64,000 nt of DNA from contig OX597820.1 of the NCBI GenBank assembly GCA_951406725.2, forward strand, positions 17,608,001 through 17,672,000, written 5' to 3'. Position 1 is the first letter of the stretch. Each line of letters starts with the position of its first letter. The DNA comes from Octopus vulgaris (taxonomy: Eukaryota). The position numbers and the translations under genes were made by a program. Below are positions 13,478 to 25,907 of this stretch, piece by piece. The notes under the pieces were generated by a model. That model did not search any database and was not told where the DNA came from. It saw only the letters and a program-made list of their open reading frames with translations.

Positions 13478-14047
13478 TCAGGGAAATCTTGTGTAACTGA
13501 AACCCGAGTGTCTTTTTGGGTTAGCTGAAAGTATTTTGGGCGCAAACTTGGCAGACACGCATCTCATACGTACGTCTTCAGTGATAATGGATTGAACCAT
13601 ATCTGATCTGCATATACTCTGATAACTCACGAATGGTGATTCGACGATTTTCCCCACAGCTGCACGCACATCCGCGATATTTTTCGCAGAACGTTCGTCA
13701 ATATCGACATTTTTTCAACAATCTTGGAAATGTCTTAACCACTCGTATAATCTTGTGCGGCTCATACACTCTTCTCCATACATTTTCTACAAGTTTGCGT
13801 CGGCCTCTGGGCAGGTATCACCATGACAACTTTTTTTGTCATGGTCAATGCGACGATCCCACGCTACACACCTTCATTCCAAGCACTTTTGTAAACAATG
13901 CACGTGAGCTAGAACGCTCAAACTTAGCTCAAACTTAGTGCGCATGCACAGCAGAGGTCAAAGTCAATCTGTGCCCAGTAGCTTTACTCCGTGTGCTTTA
14001 GCTTCGTTATTATGGCAACAGTCCTGATATATATTGATCAGACCTTG
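13478..14047 (-). mobile_element. mariner 5' fragment
   Basis: TIR-like end (TA)caaggtctgatcaatatatatcagg and a decayed transposase segment MRCVSAKFAPKILS (WVPR-type motif). Confidence 0.7.
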
Positions 14048-14053
14048 TATACA

Positions 14054-14139
<86 letters not shown>

Positions 14140-14141
<2 letters not shown>

Positions 14142-14361
14142 ACGGCCTCGAGCACACAAGTGCAAACAAGGGAGACAGAGAAAGGCAGAATGCCACTTAT
14201 ATTTGAACACTATACAAATATTCCTTTAAAAAAACTTTTCTTTTAATTTTTCTAAATTTAATTATTTAATCGTTACAGTTGAAAAGGTCTCAAAATGACC
14301 GAAACCGGTACTGAAATGTTCTTTATAAAATTATTTTAGCATTTTCTATTTTGACTTGTTT

Positions 14362-14368
<7 letters not shown>
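14140..14368 (+). mobile_element. PLE pLTR fragment with U3-A8 hammerhead at 14276..14313
   Basis: Homologous to ~13145..13380. CAG-TTGAAAA-GGTC tcaaaat GACC-GAAA-CCGG-TA-CTG. TA tracts on both sides. Confidence 0.75.
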
Positions 14369-14417
<49 letters not shown>

Positions 14418-14612
14418 TCATTAGAATGCGTTAGAATCTAGGTGTTTCAGCGTATAGGACGCTAGGAAAGGCTGAGGTACTGGGTTTTCAATATAAAGTT
14501 GTCGTTTTTTCAACTTTGCTCCTATGTAACTTACAAGTGGCTTTTCTAGATACTATGTAGCTTGGTGGACAAGTCAACTTATGTTCCTGCATTACCTGTT
14601 TAGTTGTTTAAA

Positions 14613-14691
14613 TCACCTGAAAATGGCGGACTTTTGCCATGATGCAATCTAAAAATGCTCCAGTAAAACGCACCCGAAACAGCTGTTGTGA
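14613..14691 (+). ncRNA. Decayed hammerhead motif
   Basis: TCAC-CTGAAAA...GAAA-C-AGCT-G-TT-GTGA. C3/A8 mismatch and weak stem II. Confidence 0.5.
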
Positions 14692-14709
14692 ATTTTGGAC
14701 TCCACTTAG

Positions 14710-15385
14710 ATAAGTTTCAGCCGGAATTGGTCCAGTCCACGTCTAATCTAATAGCACTACCAGGAAAAGACATTGGATGATGTTTCATATTACAGACCTT
14801 CTTTTAGTACCATAGCCTATTCGAGTAAAGAGTTACTGTTTGCAGAAATATATCCGGGTGTAGGGGATTTATCTAGAATGTGTGGGTGATATTCGTCAGG
14901 TACCCGTGTGAATGCTATGAGATCTTTTTCGTCCCTTATGTGTCTTGGCATGATGTCAAAGAGAGCGGAGCCAATTGAAATGAAATAGTTCTGTTTTAGT
15001 GATGTGTTGTGGAGGCACGTGGCTTAGTGGTTAGGGTGTCAGCATCATGATCGTAAGATTGTGGTTTCGATTCCTGGACCGAGCAACGCGTTGTGTCCTT
15101 GAGCAAAACACTTCATTTCACGTTGCCCAAGTCCACTCAGCTGGCAAAAATGAGTAACGCTGCGATGGACTGGCGTCCCGTCCAGCTGGGTAACACATAC
15201 GCCACAGAAACCGGGAAACCGGGCCCATGAGCCGGGCTAGGCTTGAAAAGGACGCATTTATTTATTTTAGTGTTGTGATGTAACGCGAACATGATTTTTG
15301 TAGAAGGTAGATGGCCCGGAGGCTAAAGACTTGGGTGAATTTTAAAGTTAATATCAATATCATTTGGGCGATGTTATTGGAATAT
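14710..15385 (-). mobile_element. Decayed CR1-group LINE 3' end, interrupted by a SINE
   Basis: The - strand reads ...ALFDIMPRHIRD...TPGYISANSNSL, similar to the ends at 24.8-25.2 kb and 51.4-51.6 kb. Tail ggtagtgctattagattagacgtgg...gaaac. Confidence 0.6.
15010..15268 (+). mobile_element. tRNA-derived SINE (family A)
   Basis: A box TGGCTTAGTGG, B box GGTTTCGATTCC. Near-identical to 32745..32990. Confidence 0.9.
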
Positions 15386-16122
15386 GTAACACATCATACA
15401 AATGATAAAACGCCCACAGCGACGTTGGGGGGAATAAACTTTGAGTTTCCCGAGGCGATCCAAATAATCAAGATCTATAAATTCGTCAGTTTTCCTTGTG
15501 ATCGATCTGTGGGGTGCTTTGATTCTCATACTTCGATTCATGTGTGGAGATCACAGTATTCAAGGCGATGATGGGCATAGGTGCAGAAGAGACGGATAAT
15601 GGAAGAAAATTTATGAATATTTATACACACACACATCGAAAGATATGAAATAAATCATTTTAACGATTTAAAGCTATCCGTTACGATTACGAATTCTCTT
15701 AAACTTATGCCTGTAAAGAGTAAATTTTAGCAGAATATCAAAGCAGCCAAGTAAAGTAATTTATAGATAAATGTCGTGTGGAGTTAAAGAGAAAGAGAGG
15801 ATGAGAGAGAGTGAGATGGCATACTGTGTTGTGTTACTCCAATTACTTAGCTATTTATCCACTCCATGTCAAATTAATATGAATAACAAATCAACGAATT
15901 TGAATTATAATGAGCATATAACAGCTGCAATATCCGGGATCTCCAGTCAGTTTTATTATGCATGTCATTATCGCCTATTGGAATTTTGCTTCACAGAATG
16001 AAAAATCCTAATTTATAAAAATAAATGAGATTATTAGTTAATCAAATAGCACCAATAAAGTAACTTTGAAAGTTCCGAAAGTTATTTGGCTAATCAAGGG
16101 AAATAAGAATACTAAATTATAT

Positions 16123-16173
<51 letters not shown>

Positions 16174-16218
16174 TCATTAACATCATCATCATCATCATCA
16201 TTATTATTATTATTATTA

Positions 16219-16294
<76 letters not shown>

Positions 16295-16317
16295 CATTAT
16301 TATTATTATTATTATTA

Positions 16318-16393
<76 letters not shown>

Positions 16394-16410
16394 CATTATT
16401 ATTATTATTA

Positions 16411-16465
<55 letters not shown>

Positions 16466-16480
16466 CATTATAATTATTAT
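16123..16480. repeat. Compound (GTA)n-(CAT)n-(TTA)n microsatellite
   Basis: Direct inspection. Confidence 0.97.
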
Positions 16481-16690
16481 TCAGTAGTTTTATTTTCATA
16501 GCGTGCTTTCACTTCACTACCGAGCGCAGCTCTGTGTGCCTTGGGTATGTGCTGTGATCTGTTGTGATGCTCTGATGGTTATTGGATGGAAAGTGTTCTG
16601 CGTAGGATGTGTGCAGTGCCTAGTAGTGCAATTTTCTGTATGTTATATGTGTTTGTAAGTCCTGGTGTTTTTGTTATGTATTTGTCTGAA
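16481..16690 (-). mobile_element. 3' stub of an R4/Dong-like (restriction-like endonuclease) non-LTR element inside (TAA)n
   Basis: The - strand encodes ...TYNIQKIALLGTAHILRRTLSIQ*, resembling R4/Dong C-termini, then a short UTR with AATAAA. (TTA)n lies on both flanks. Confidence 0.7.
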
Positions 16691-16759
<69 letters not shown>

Positions 16760-16939
16760 CATTATTATGTGTAGCATTGTAGAATTCACGGCATTCTACT
16801 ATTTGGCTTATTTCGACAGTTAAAATCCTATACATTTCAATTGTGCTACTTTATCTCATCACTGCCCCACTGAAGTATAAAATGTGTTGAGTGATTCATT
16901 ATCGATATTAAGTATTTATATATTTCATTATATCCTTAA

Positions 16940-17002
<63 letters not shown>

Positions 17003-17064
17003 TGTTCTCTCTTTATCATTCTCTCTTCTCTGTCTATCTATCTCTCTGTCTGTCTATCTCTTTG

Positions 17065-17129
<65 letters not shown>

Positions 17130-17556
17130 GAGCATAATCCTATGAACCCAGAAATTGAAAACAGAGGGTTACCCACTTGCAAACAAATGTGGTAACATAT
17201 AACAATATTGACCAAGGTTACCGTGGTCCTTTTCGTAGGCTTTTCTTCCCACGGATAAACCTTACTTGCTTTCCTCTTTACACCATACATCATGACACTG
17301 TGATACACGATCCCTATTGATCATTTTTTTCTCTCCCCCTTTTTTCCTCTTTTTTCTTCTTTTTTCATTTTTCTTTTCTTTTTCCCCTTTTTTGTTTTTT
17401 TTCTTTTCCTTTTTTTTTCTTTTTTTCTTCTTTTTTGCCTTTTACGATCCCTTTTGATCGAAAACCTACGCCACCTTTTTTTTCTCCCCCAAAAGAAAAG
17501 CTCTACCTTGTAACTTGTCCCATCTGTGTGCAGCCCTGTGTGGCCAATAAAGAAAC

Positions 17557-17557
<1 letters not shown>
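17130..17557 (+). mobile_element. Second, shorter copy of the L1/Tx1-type LINE 3' end inside (TATC)n
   Basis: Homologous to the reverse complement of 10677..11075. (CTAT)n on both sides. Confidence 0.85.
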
Positions 17558-17613
<56 letters not shown>

Positions 17614-17998
17614 CATCGCTTACTCTTTCTGTCATTCTGCTTGGATATCTGTCAATCTCTCGTTTAATCTTCCTCCCTGTAGATCTTTCACTCAGATTTT
17701 CTATATCTCCCTCTCACATTTCCTCTTTTTGTCTCGCCATCTCTTTGTCTCGCCATTAACACAAAGTGTTAATGAAAATAACATTTAAAAGATTTTAATA
17801 AAACGTACAAGTCCATCATTTCATATATCTTACACGTGCTTGATAAATATACTTGAAGTTACGTAAGTGTGTGTGGGGGGTTAAGTGCTTGAGTATGTTT
17901 CTGTGTGCATGTGTGTCACATCTATTTTCTTTCCCCCACCTCACGCTCTATTTTGTATTTTATCTAAATTAACTATTATTTAACCATCCTTTCCCGCC

Positions 17999-18046
17999 GT
18001 CTCCGATGACGGGATATAACAAATATCCTGGAAACAGCTGTAAGAC
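17999..18046 (+). ncRNA. Minimal hammerhead motif (U4C variant)
   Basis: GTCT-CCGATGA-CGGGATAT aacaa ATATCCTG-GAAA-C-AGCT-G-TA-AGAC. Stems I and II pair fully (one G-U). Confidence 0.75.
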
Positions 18047-18097
18047 CGTCTATCTATAAATGTTCTACAATCTACAAGCCTTGGTTTTTTTATCTCA

Positions 18098-18470
18098 TTA
18101 CTCTTTTACTTGTTTCAGTCGTTTGACTGCGGCCATGCTGGAGCACCGCCTTTAGTCGAGCAAATCGACCCCGGGACTTATTCTTTTGGTCTCCTTTGCC
18201 GAACCGCTAAGTAACGGGGACATAAACACACCAGCATCGGTTGTCAAGCAATGCTAGGGGGACAAACACAGACACACAAACACACACACGCATATACATA
18301 TATACGACGGGCTTCTTTCAGTTTCCGTCTACCAAATCCACTCACAAGGCTTTGGTCGGCCCGAGGCTATAGTAGAAGACACTTGACCAAGGTGCCACGC
18401 AGTGGGACTGTACCCGGAACCATGTGGTTGGTTAGCAAGCTACTTACCACACAGCCACTTCTGCGCCTAT
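18098..18470 (-). mobile_element. tRNA-derived SINE (family E), full length
   Basis: Head ggcgcagaagtggctgtgtggtaag...ttccggg, internal microsatellite, tail ggcggtgctccagcatggccgcagtc...gactgaaacaagtaaaag. Confidence 0.9.
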
Positions 18471-18489
18471 AACGAAAAGAAATTTACAG

Positions 18490-18578
<89 letters not shown>

Positions 18579-19363
18579 GAGAGAGAGAGAGCGAGGAAGA
18601 AAATGGGAGAGGGGAAGATAGATAGATATATAGTTAGACATTTGTTTGACAAAGATATTCGCAAATAAAAAATTTTCTACCTCATGTCCTTTAATAGAAA
18701 GCGTTATTTCAGATTTTCTGCGCTTTGTCTTCTAATCCTACTGAGATCGGCCATTCTGTTGATAATTCGGGAAACTAGATTTGCGGGATATTGTGTATAT
18801 CTCGATTCCGATGCCAGCAACTGGTACAAAGATGCAAAGGCCCTAACTTTTTCCTTGTATAAGCACCGGTGTCATGTCTTCTTTTGGGAGGATATGGTGA
18901 ATAGCAGTTCGTTATGGAGATATAGATATAATTCTCCTCCATTGATTTAAAGATACAATTTCAATTCTTTTTTGCTTCGTTCATCGCATGTTAACAATCA
19001 TGTAGTTAAATATATGTATTTCTTCTGTTCAAGATGGTTTGAGAAATTACTTGCTTTCGTGAAAAGAAAGGAAATTTTACAATGATTTTCATCTGTAAAT
19101 CACGTATAACCACATTACAAACACGCCAACGTTTTCTTTTCTTTTTATGCGTTTCCTGCTTTATCTATATCTTATCTTTTTATGTTTCTAATAAATTATA
19201 ACTAAATGTTAATAAGAAAAATATATAAACGCCATTCTAATCCATTTACATTTTAACAATAATGCAAGGCTAAAATTAATAATAATAAAGGCTAAAACTA
19301 CAAGGTTTTCGATTTGAAGGCATTACATGTAGTAGATACATGTTGTTCGTCTAAAGCTATATA

Positions 19364-19596
19364 TTGAGTTGTCGGATAAATTCGTTCTTTTTTTTTTTTT
19401 CATTTATTTTAATGCTTATTTTTCAACTATTTTTAAAAAATCAATCAATAATATAATTTCCATTTTTTTCTACGACTTCTTGCCAGCATCCCACTAACTC
19501 ATCAATATCTTGGCAGTAGAAACCACTGTCTCTTGACTCGAAGAATTTATCGAGCCAGGTTTTAGCTTCACGAATGAATTTATTTGACAACCCAAA
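19364..19596 (-). mobile_element. Internally deleted mariner (MITE-like)
   Basis: TIRs ttgagttgtcggataaattcgttc / gaatgaatttatttgacaacccaaa with TA flanks. The - strand reads WLDKFFESRDSGFY...WQEVVEKNGNYII (mariner C-terminus). Confidence 0.75.
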
Positions 19597-19692
19597 TAAT
19601 TCAGAAGAATTTCAGCATCCATTCAGAGAACTTAATGTATTCTTAGAGAGAATATTTTGCTGTAACAAACTCAGGTTTTCCATAATTTTTAT

Positions 19693-20000
19693 CTTTTACT
19701 CGTTTCACTCACTAAACTACGGCCATGCTGTGGCAGCGCCTTAAACGGTTTAGTCGAATTAATCGATCCCAGTACTTCTTTTTTTTAAGAAGGGGTACGT
19801 ATTCCATCAGCCTGTTTTCCCGAACTGCTAAGTTACGGGATCACAAATACACCAATACAGGTTGTCAAACGGTGATGGAAGGACAAGCACAAACACAAAA
19901 ACCCACACCCATATATATCTATATATATATATATATATATCTATATATATATATGGGTGTGGGTTTATCTATATATATATATATATATACATATATATAT

Positions 20001-20079
<79 letters not shown>

Positions 20080-20250
20080 GGTATGACGGTTGTCTACACA
20101 GTTTTTGTCTAACATATTCACTCTCACAAAGCATTAATCGGCTCGGAGCTAGCTGAAGACACCTACTGAAGGTGTTGCGCAGTGGAACTGAACCCGAATC
20201 TACATATTTGCAAGGTGAGCTTCTTAACCATAGAGCCATGCCTGCACTTA
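19693..20250 (-). mobile_element. Diverged SINE family E
   Basis: Same layout as 18098..18470 with an expanded internal (TA)/(CA) tract. Confidence 0.75.
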
Positions 20251-20907
20251 TCGAAATATCTAGATTAATAGCATTAACATCTGACTGTTACTGCTGTTTG
20301 GCGCATGTCCTCCCTGACCAAGATTTATGAACAAAGCGGTCAAACTTTGACCACCATCTCATATTTCATTTAATAGGGATTTAAATCTACGTTACCCAAT
20401 ATGTCATCTTGATTCTAAGACAACAAGGGATTTAGCTTTTAGGTTTCGCAAATAGTGTGAAAGCGAACACTCCTCTCTTGGCTTTTTTAACCCGTTTCCA
20501 ATATATTTGCTTTGTCAATTGTATTATCTAACTACGTAGTCTCTCTTTGCTGTTGCAGCTCATCCGATCGCCAAAATAATGTGGTAATGATGCTAAAATA
20601 TTATTTTGCTATATTTTTCTTTTTAAAAAAATAGTTTCTCTTCGGAAATTATCATGAAAAACGGAGAGAAACAACACTCCCAGAATATCAATTGCATTTG
20701 CCTCTGCCAAGATGAAATCTAAAGTGTTCAAATTAATAACATTTGGCTACTACCACCCGCCAATCAAACGTCCATACGTTCTCTCGTCTTTACCGCCATT
20801 AGCTATTTGTTCCATATTCTGAATCAGAAACAAGCTACTACCGTTACCTTTTTTCGGTTCTTCCACAAAAGAGGACACTGTGCACGACAATTTAACAATT
20901 TTCACAT

Positions 20908-21072
20908 AGGTGCATGATTGGCTTTGTGGTAAGAAGCTTGCTTCCCAACTATATTGTTCCGGGTTCAGTCCCACTGTGCGGTGCCTTAGCCAAGTATCTT
21001 CTACTCTATCCTCAGCACTACCAAAGCCTTGTGAGTGGATGTGGTAGACGGAAACTGAAAGGCGACCGTCAT
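20908..21072 (+). mobile_element. SINE family E, 5' half
   Basis: tggctttgtggtaagaagc...ccgggttcagtcccactg...gtagacggaaactgaaa. Confidence 0.8.
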
Positions 21073-21086
21073 ATATACATACATAC

Positions 21087-21145
<59 letters not shown>

Positions 21146-21207
21146 CAATTGAGGATAAAATCTTTAAAAGAAATTATCAGTAGTCAGCGTGAAAAACCTC
21201 GTATATA

Positions 21208-21252
<45 letters not shown>

Positions 21253-21451
21253 ATCTCTTGAGCACCACCAGCAAAAATATTTTTTTCCTGTCTTCCCTTC
21301 TCGGGATCTTTCCTTCTCCTTCTTTCCGACGAAGAGCTCCGCTCGAAACGTTACACCCTCCTTCCCTTCTTTCCTGAGCGTCAAATAATACTTTCATTGT
21401 TCCACGTCCTCGCGTTGCTGTGTTTTTTTCTGTGTTTTCTTGTTTGGATTA

Positions 21452-21500
<49 letters not shown>

Positions 21501-21504
<4 letters not shown>

Positions 21505-21822
21505 GAAAGAATGGAGTTGAACGACGAATTAACAAAATTCCTTTATTTTCGACATATGTTTCGAAGGCTGCATATTCCTAATTTCGAAGGAATAGGGGGT
21601 GCATTATCAGAAACACTCATTATCGCTATGGGCTCCGTGTGGGCAGTCATCTAAAAGTTTTTGTGCATCTTGATGCTGACATAAGTTCTTTGTTTTTCCT
21701 GATGAGAAGGCGGCATAATGCACCCCTTATTCCTTCGAAATTAGGAATATGCAGCCTTCGAAACATATGTCGAAAATAAAGGAATTTTATTAATTCGTCG
21801 TTCAACTCCATTCTTTCATTTA
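21501..21822. repeat. ~105-bp inverted repeat at a (TA)n junction (inverted pLTR stub)
   Basis: 21501..21607 mirrors 21715..21822 with few mismatches. Confidence 0.9.
21694..21776 (+). ncRNA. Type I hammerhead ribozyme, canonical core
   Basis: TTTTC-CTGATGA-GAAGGC(g)GCATA...TATGC(a)GCCTTC-GAAA-C-ATAT-G-TC-GAAAA. Confidence 0.88.
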
Positions 21823-21973
21823 TTTGTTTTAAAAAAAACAAACAAATTTCCACACGATAGCACGTGATCTCTGCCCTAGGCATGTAGCTTCAACCGTGTT
21901 TCTCTGACGTGAATTTGCTACCCAGGTATCGGTTAACCGAATTATCCATAATAAAATAATTCATTCAACTACT

Positions 21974-22043
<70 letters not shown>

Positions 22044-22514
22044 CTAATATAGGATGACATTTTTTCGAGAAAAAAATTTTATCAATGGCCAGCATATCAA
22101 AAAATACCTTTAAAGGTTAAATTTATAATTTTTTTGTCTTTTTTTCGGCATATTTGGCATTAAAATTTTTCTTTTGCCCTTATTTTGTAAATATATATAT
22201 ATATATATATATATACTAATTTTTAATTATATAAAATAATAAACCTGACTAACACGCTAAAAATAGACGCCGAGCTAGAAATCGATTTACAATTAATCAA
22301 AAATTCTTATTTATTTTTTCATCTGCCCGACTGCAACCTGTGCTAATGGGGTACAGAAGTGACTTTTAACGCCATCCACCATTTAGCGTCTATTTTAACC
22401 GTGTTGGCAAGGCTTATCCGCACCCTTTAATATAATCAATATATATAATTGTGAATTAGTATAAAATGTTACCTACATGTTTTTATTCCACACAGGCCAC
22501 TTGATAAAATCCTC

Positions 22515-22985
22515 AATGCTAAAATGATTTTATCAGGGGAAACATTTTAGTACCGGTTTCAGTCATTGAGACTTTTTCAACTGTAAATATGGAAAACAAT
22601 TAAGTTTTGGAAAAATTAAATGAAAAGCTTTTTTAAAGAATATTTGCATAGTATTCAAATACAAGGGGCATATTCCTAGTTTTTGTATGTCTCTGCCTCT
22701 CTTGTTTACTCTTGTGGGTTCGAGGACGTTGTGAATTCTTGGCAGAGAAGAAGAAGAAAAAGAAGAAGGAGAAGAAGAAGAAGAAGAAGAAGAAGAAGAA
22801 GAAGAAGAAGAAGAAGAAGAAGAAGAAGAAGAAGAAAAAGAATGCGGGAGTGGTATGATATTAGTAGGATGTTAAATGGTCAAGTGCCCTGAAAGTGAAT
22901 TGTTGTGGGTGGTAGTAGTGATTGAATTCTTGAGATACTAAAAACAATACATTCAAAAGAGATATCACAAGAATTCAACCACTAA
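22515..22985 (-). mobile_element. PLE pLTR fragment with U3-A8 hammerhead at 22548..22583
   Basis: Reverse complement of ~12975..13370, including the (TTC)n tract. CAG-TTGAAAA-AGTC tcaat GACT-GAAA-CCGG-TA-CTA. Confidence 0.8.
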
Positions 22986-23411
22986 CCATTATGGGGCATT
23001 TGTTTAAATGAATCCCATCAAGGTGGCGCCCCGGCATGCCCTCAGTTCAATGACTGAAACACATAACAGATAAATGTGGAGCTAAATTGTAGAAACTTCA
23101 CTCAAGCCAAAACCGAAAACCGCCTAAATATTAAATACAAGGGTGTAGAGATTTGATGGAGAATTACGACTCTGAGAAAAGACTCTTGAAATTGATTTAT
23201 CATAATTAATTGACTCTTGAAATTAATTGATCGTAATCTAAACCATTTTTTTATATTTTGCAGCTGTGTGTATATGACGGTCCTAGATAAATAAGTAAAT
23301 TTCCTGCCATTCAGAGTTGGATATCGACGAAGAATTGACTATGAGTGGCGTTGAATTGATCAAATAATCAATTGATAGACATCGATTGAACAATGGCGAA
23401 TTCACGTTATA

Positions 23412-24698
23412 CGAGGGACGTTCAATAAGTAATGCCTCTGACCCACTTGCAGTTGTTTGATCTAGCTGAAATTTTGCATGTGCAATCATTTATATATCTT
23501 TAGAGTAAGTGGCAAATTACAGCTCTGAATTAAATGTGGTTTCTGATTTACAGGTGTTTGAACCGAGTCAAGTGTGAAATGGAGCCTGTTGAGTGTTGAG
23601 CAGTGATCCGGTTTTTGTATTTGAAAGGACGCACACCACGGGAGACTTTTGAAGAAATGAAAGTAACTTATGGTGATGATGCCCCATCATATGACCTTGT
23701 AAAACGCTGGCATCGTGAATTCAAACATGGTCGGAACTCTGTGGAAACAGCTCCCAGATCTGGTCGCCCCTTCTGCCATTGATGAGGCATCTGTCCGTCA
23801 AGCTGAGGCTGCCATTTTGGAAGATCGACGCATAATTATTCGCCAAATAGCCCATGAGGTCAAGATTAGTACCGGGTCTGTGGAAACTATCATTCATGAC
23901 CATTTGCATATGCAAAAGGTGTCTGCCAGATGGATTCCCAGATTGCTCACGCCTTTCCAGAAGCAAGAATGCGTCGAGTGCTCGAGGGTGAATTTGGAGA
24001 TGTGCCAAGAAGATGAGTCAAAATTTTTCAAAAGACTGATTACACAGGATGAAACCTGGGTCCATCACGATGATCCAGAGACCAAAGCCCAGTCAATGCA
24101 GTGAAAGCACCGTGACTCACCCCCTCCAAAGAAGGCATGGGTGCGGCCCTCCGCTGGCAAGGTCATGCTCACAGTCTTCTGGGACCAGGACGGAGTAGTG
24201 ATGACAGATTTCCTGGCAAAGGGTACCACAATTGCAGGAGCCTATTATGCTTCACTTTTGAGGAAATTAAGATAAGTTATCAAAATCAAGAGGCGGGGCA
24301 AGATCAGCAAAGACATCCTCCTCCTGCAGGACAACGCTCCGGTCCACAACTCGCTTGTCGTCAGATCAGAAGCACAGGCGTATGGCTATGAACTCCTCCC
24401 CATCCCCCCTACTTTCCTGACCTTGCACCCTCTGATTTTCACCTCTTCCCAATCATGAAGTTGTTTTTGAAAGGAAAGCGTTTCCCAGATGATGCAGCCT
24501 TGATTTCTGAAGTCATGTTGAGGTTGGAGGACCAAGCTGGGTTCTACAAAAACGGTCTCCAGAGCCGCATCGAACGATGGGAGAAATACGTAACTCTGGG
24601 TGGTTCCTATGTAGAAAAAGACTAATAACTGTGCCAAGTTTCGTTGCTCTACTGCTATGGGAAGTGGGTCAGGGAGATTACTTATTGAACGCCCCTCG
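23412..24698 (+). mobile_element. Full-length mariner (DD34D) DNA transposon
   Basis: ~37-bp TIRs cgagggacgttcaataagtaatgcctctgacccactt / aagtgggtcagggagattacttattgaacgcccctcg, TA target duplication, 1287 bp. Confidence 0.95.
23579..24625 (+). pseudogene. mariner transposase pseudogene
   Basis: PRSGRP, ARWIPRLL, TQDETW, LQDNAPVH, PDLAPSDFHLF motifs, with several stops and frameshifts. Confidence 0.93.
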
Positions 24699-24728
24699 TA
24701 AGTGTGTGTTTGTGTGTATGTGTGTGTT

Positions 24729-24759
<31 letters not shown>

Positions 24760-24806
24760 GCGTGTACGTGTGAATGTATGTATATATGTATGTTTGTGCG
24801 TATAAC

Positions 24807-25205
24807 TTTGATAGGTTTTGGCCAGTATAGGCCCAGGCCATGTCTAACTTAATAGCACCACCTGGTGAAGTCTTTTAGTCATATATGGGGCACCATAGCC
24901 CACTCTAGCAAAGCGTTATTATTGTTGGAGACATATCTGAGTGTAGGAGGTTGGTCCGGGATCTTTTAAAGAAATTTGTCCAGTGGACATTTGAAATTTA
25001 TGGGATCCGTTTCCATTTTGACGTATATTCGTATAATATTAAAGAGAACTGGACTGGTTGAGGTAAAGTCATTTTGATGTAATGTTGCTATGTGTCCTGT
25101 GTTCGATTTTTGTAGCGGGTGGATAACACGAGGGCTATGTCTTGGATGGATTTTAAAATTGATGCCAACATCATTTGTGCAATATTGATGGAATATTTTC
25201 CACAT
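24807..25205 (-). mobile_element. CR1-group LINE 3' end fragment
   Basis: WKIFHQYCTNDVGINFKIHPRH...SPVLFNII...LDKFL. The tail ggtggtgctattaagttagacatggcc...aaacctatcaaag recurs at 31445..31525. Confidence 0.65.
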
Positions 25206-25409
25206 CACACAAATGACGTAGCGCTCCCGGCGGCGTTGGAGATAGTATTTGTGTGAATATATATATATAGTGAGAATTTAACGCTCGGGAAGTAAGAAAA
25301 TATTTTACGTTTCGAGCCTACGCTCTTCAACAGAAAAGAAAAAACACACAAATAAGCAGAGAGAGAAAATAAAATAAGATAAAATAAAATACATACATGC
25401 ATGCACACA

Positions 25410-25506
<97 letters not shown>

Positions 25507-25516
25507 GCACAAAGGA

Positions 25517-25559
<43 letters not shown>

Positions 25560-25748
25560 CTTCCTCTCTATGCCAAACTTTATTTAAGCATTATGAGACA
25601 AAAAGAGGAGAGCAAAGACGTTTCAAATCAAAAACTCCAAAAAAGAAACAACGATTCCCTCCAGTATCAGATAATTTACGAAAGAAACCATACGAAGGGA
25701 AACAACTTCAATAATTGAAATGATTGCGTGCTACTCACAGAATATATA

Positions 25749-25907
<159 letters not shown>

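Noticed and set aside
15010-15085. Functional tRNA genes at SINE heads (also 32745, 55815, 63432)
   Set aside because: A and B boxes are present, but there is no complete cloverleaf and each runs into a multicopy SINE body.
16038-16499. Poly-Asn/Asp/Thr ORF as a real protein
   Set aside because: It is only a trinucleotide microsatellite.
18684-18950. Possible host exons in unique-looking stretches (also ~20750..20900, 60130..60400, 61600..62700)
   Set aside because: I saw no recognisable domain or convincing splice-bounded open frame. Small exons cannot be excluded without RNA-seq.
22240-22420. Weak inverted repeat aacacgctaaaaatagacgc / gcgtctattttaaccgtgtt
   Set aside because: It is short and diverged, so boundaries and class cannot be assigned.
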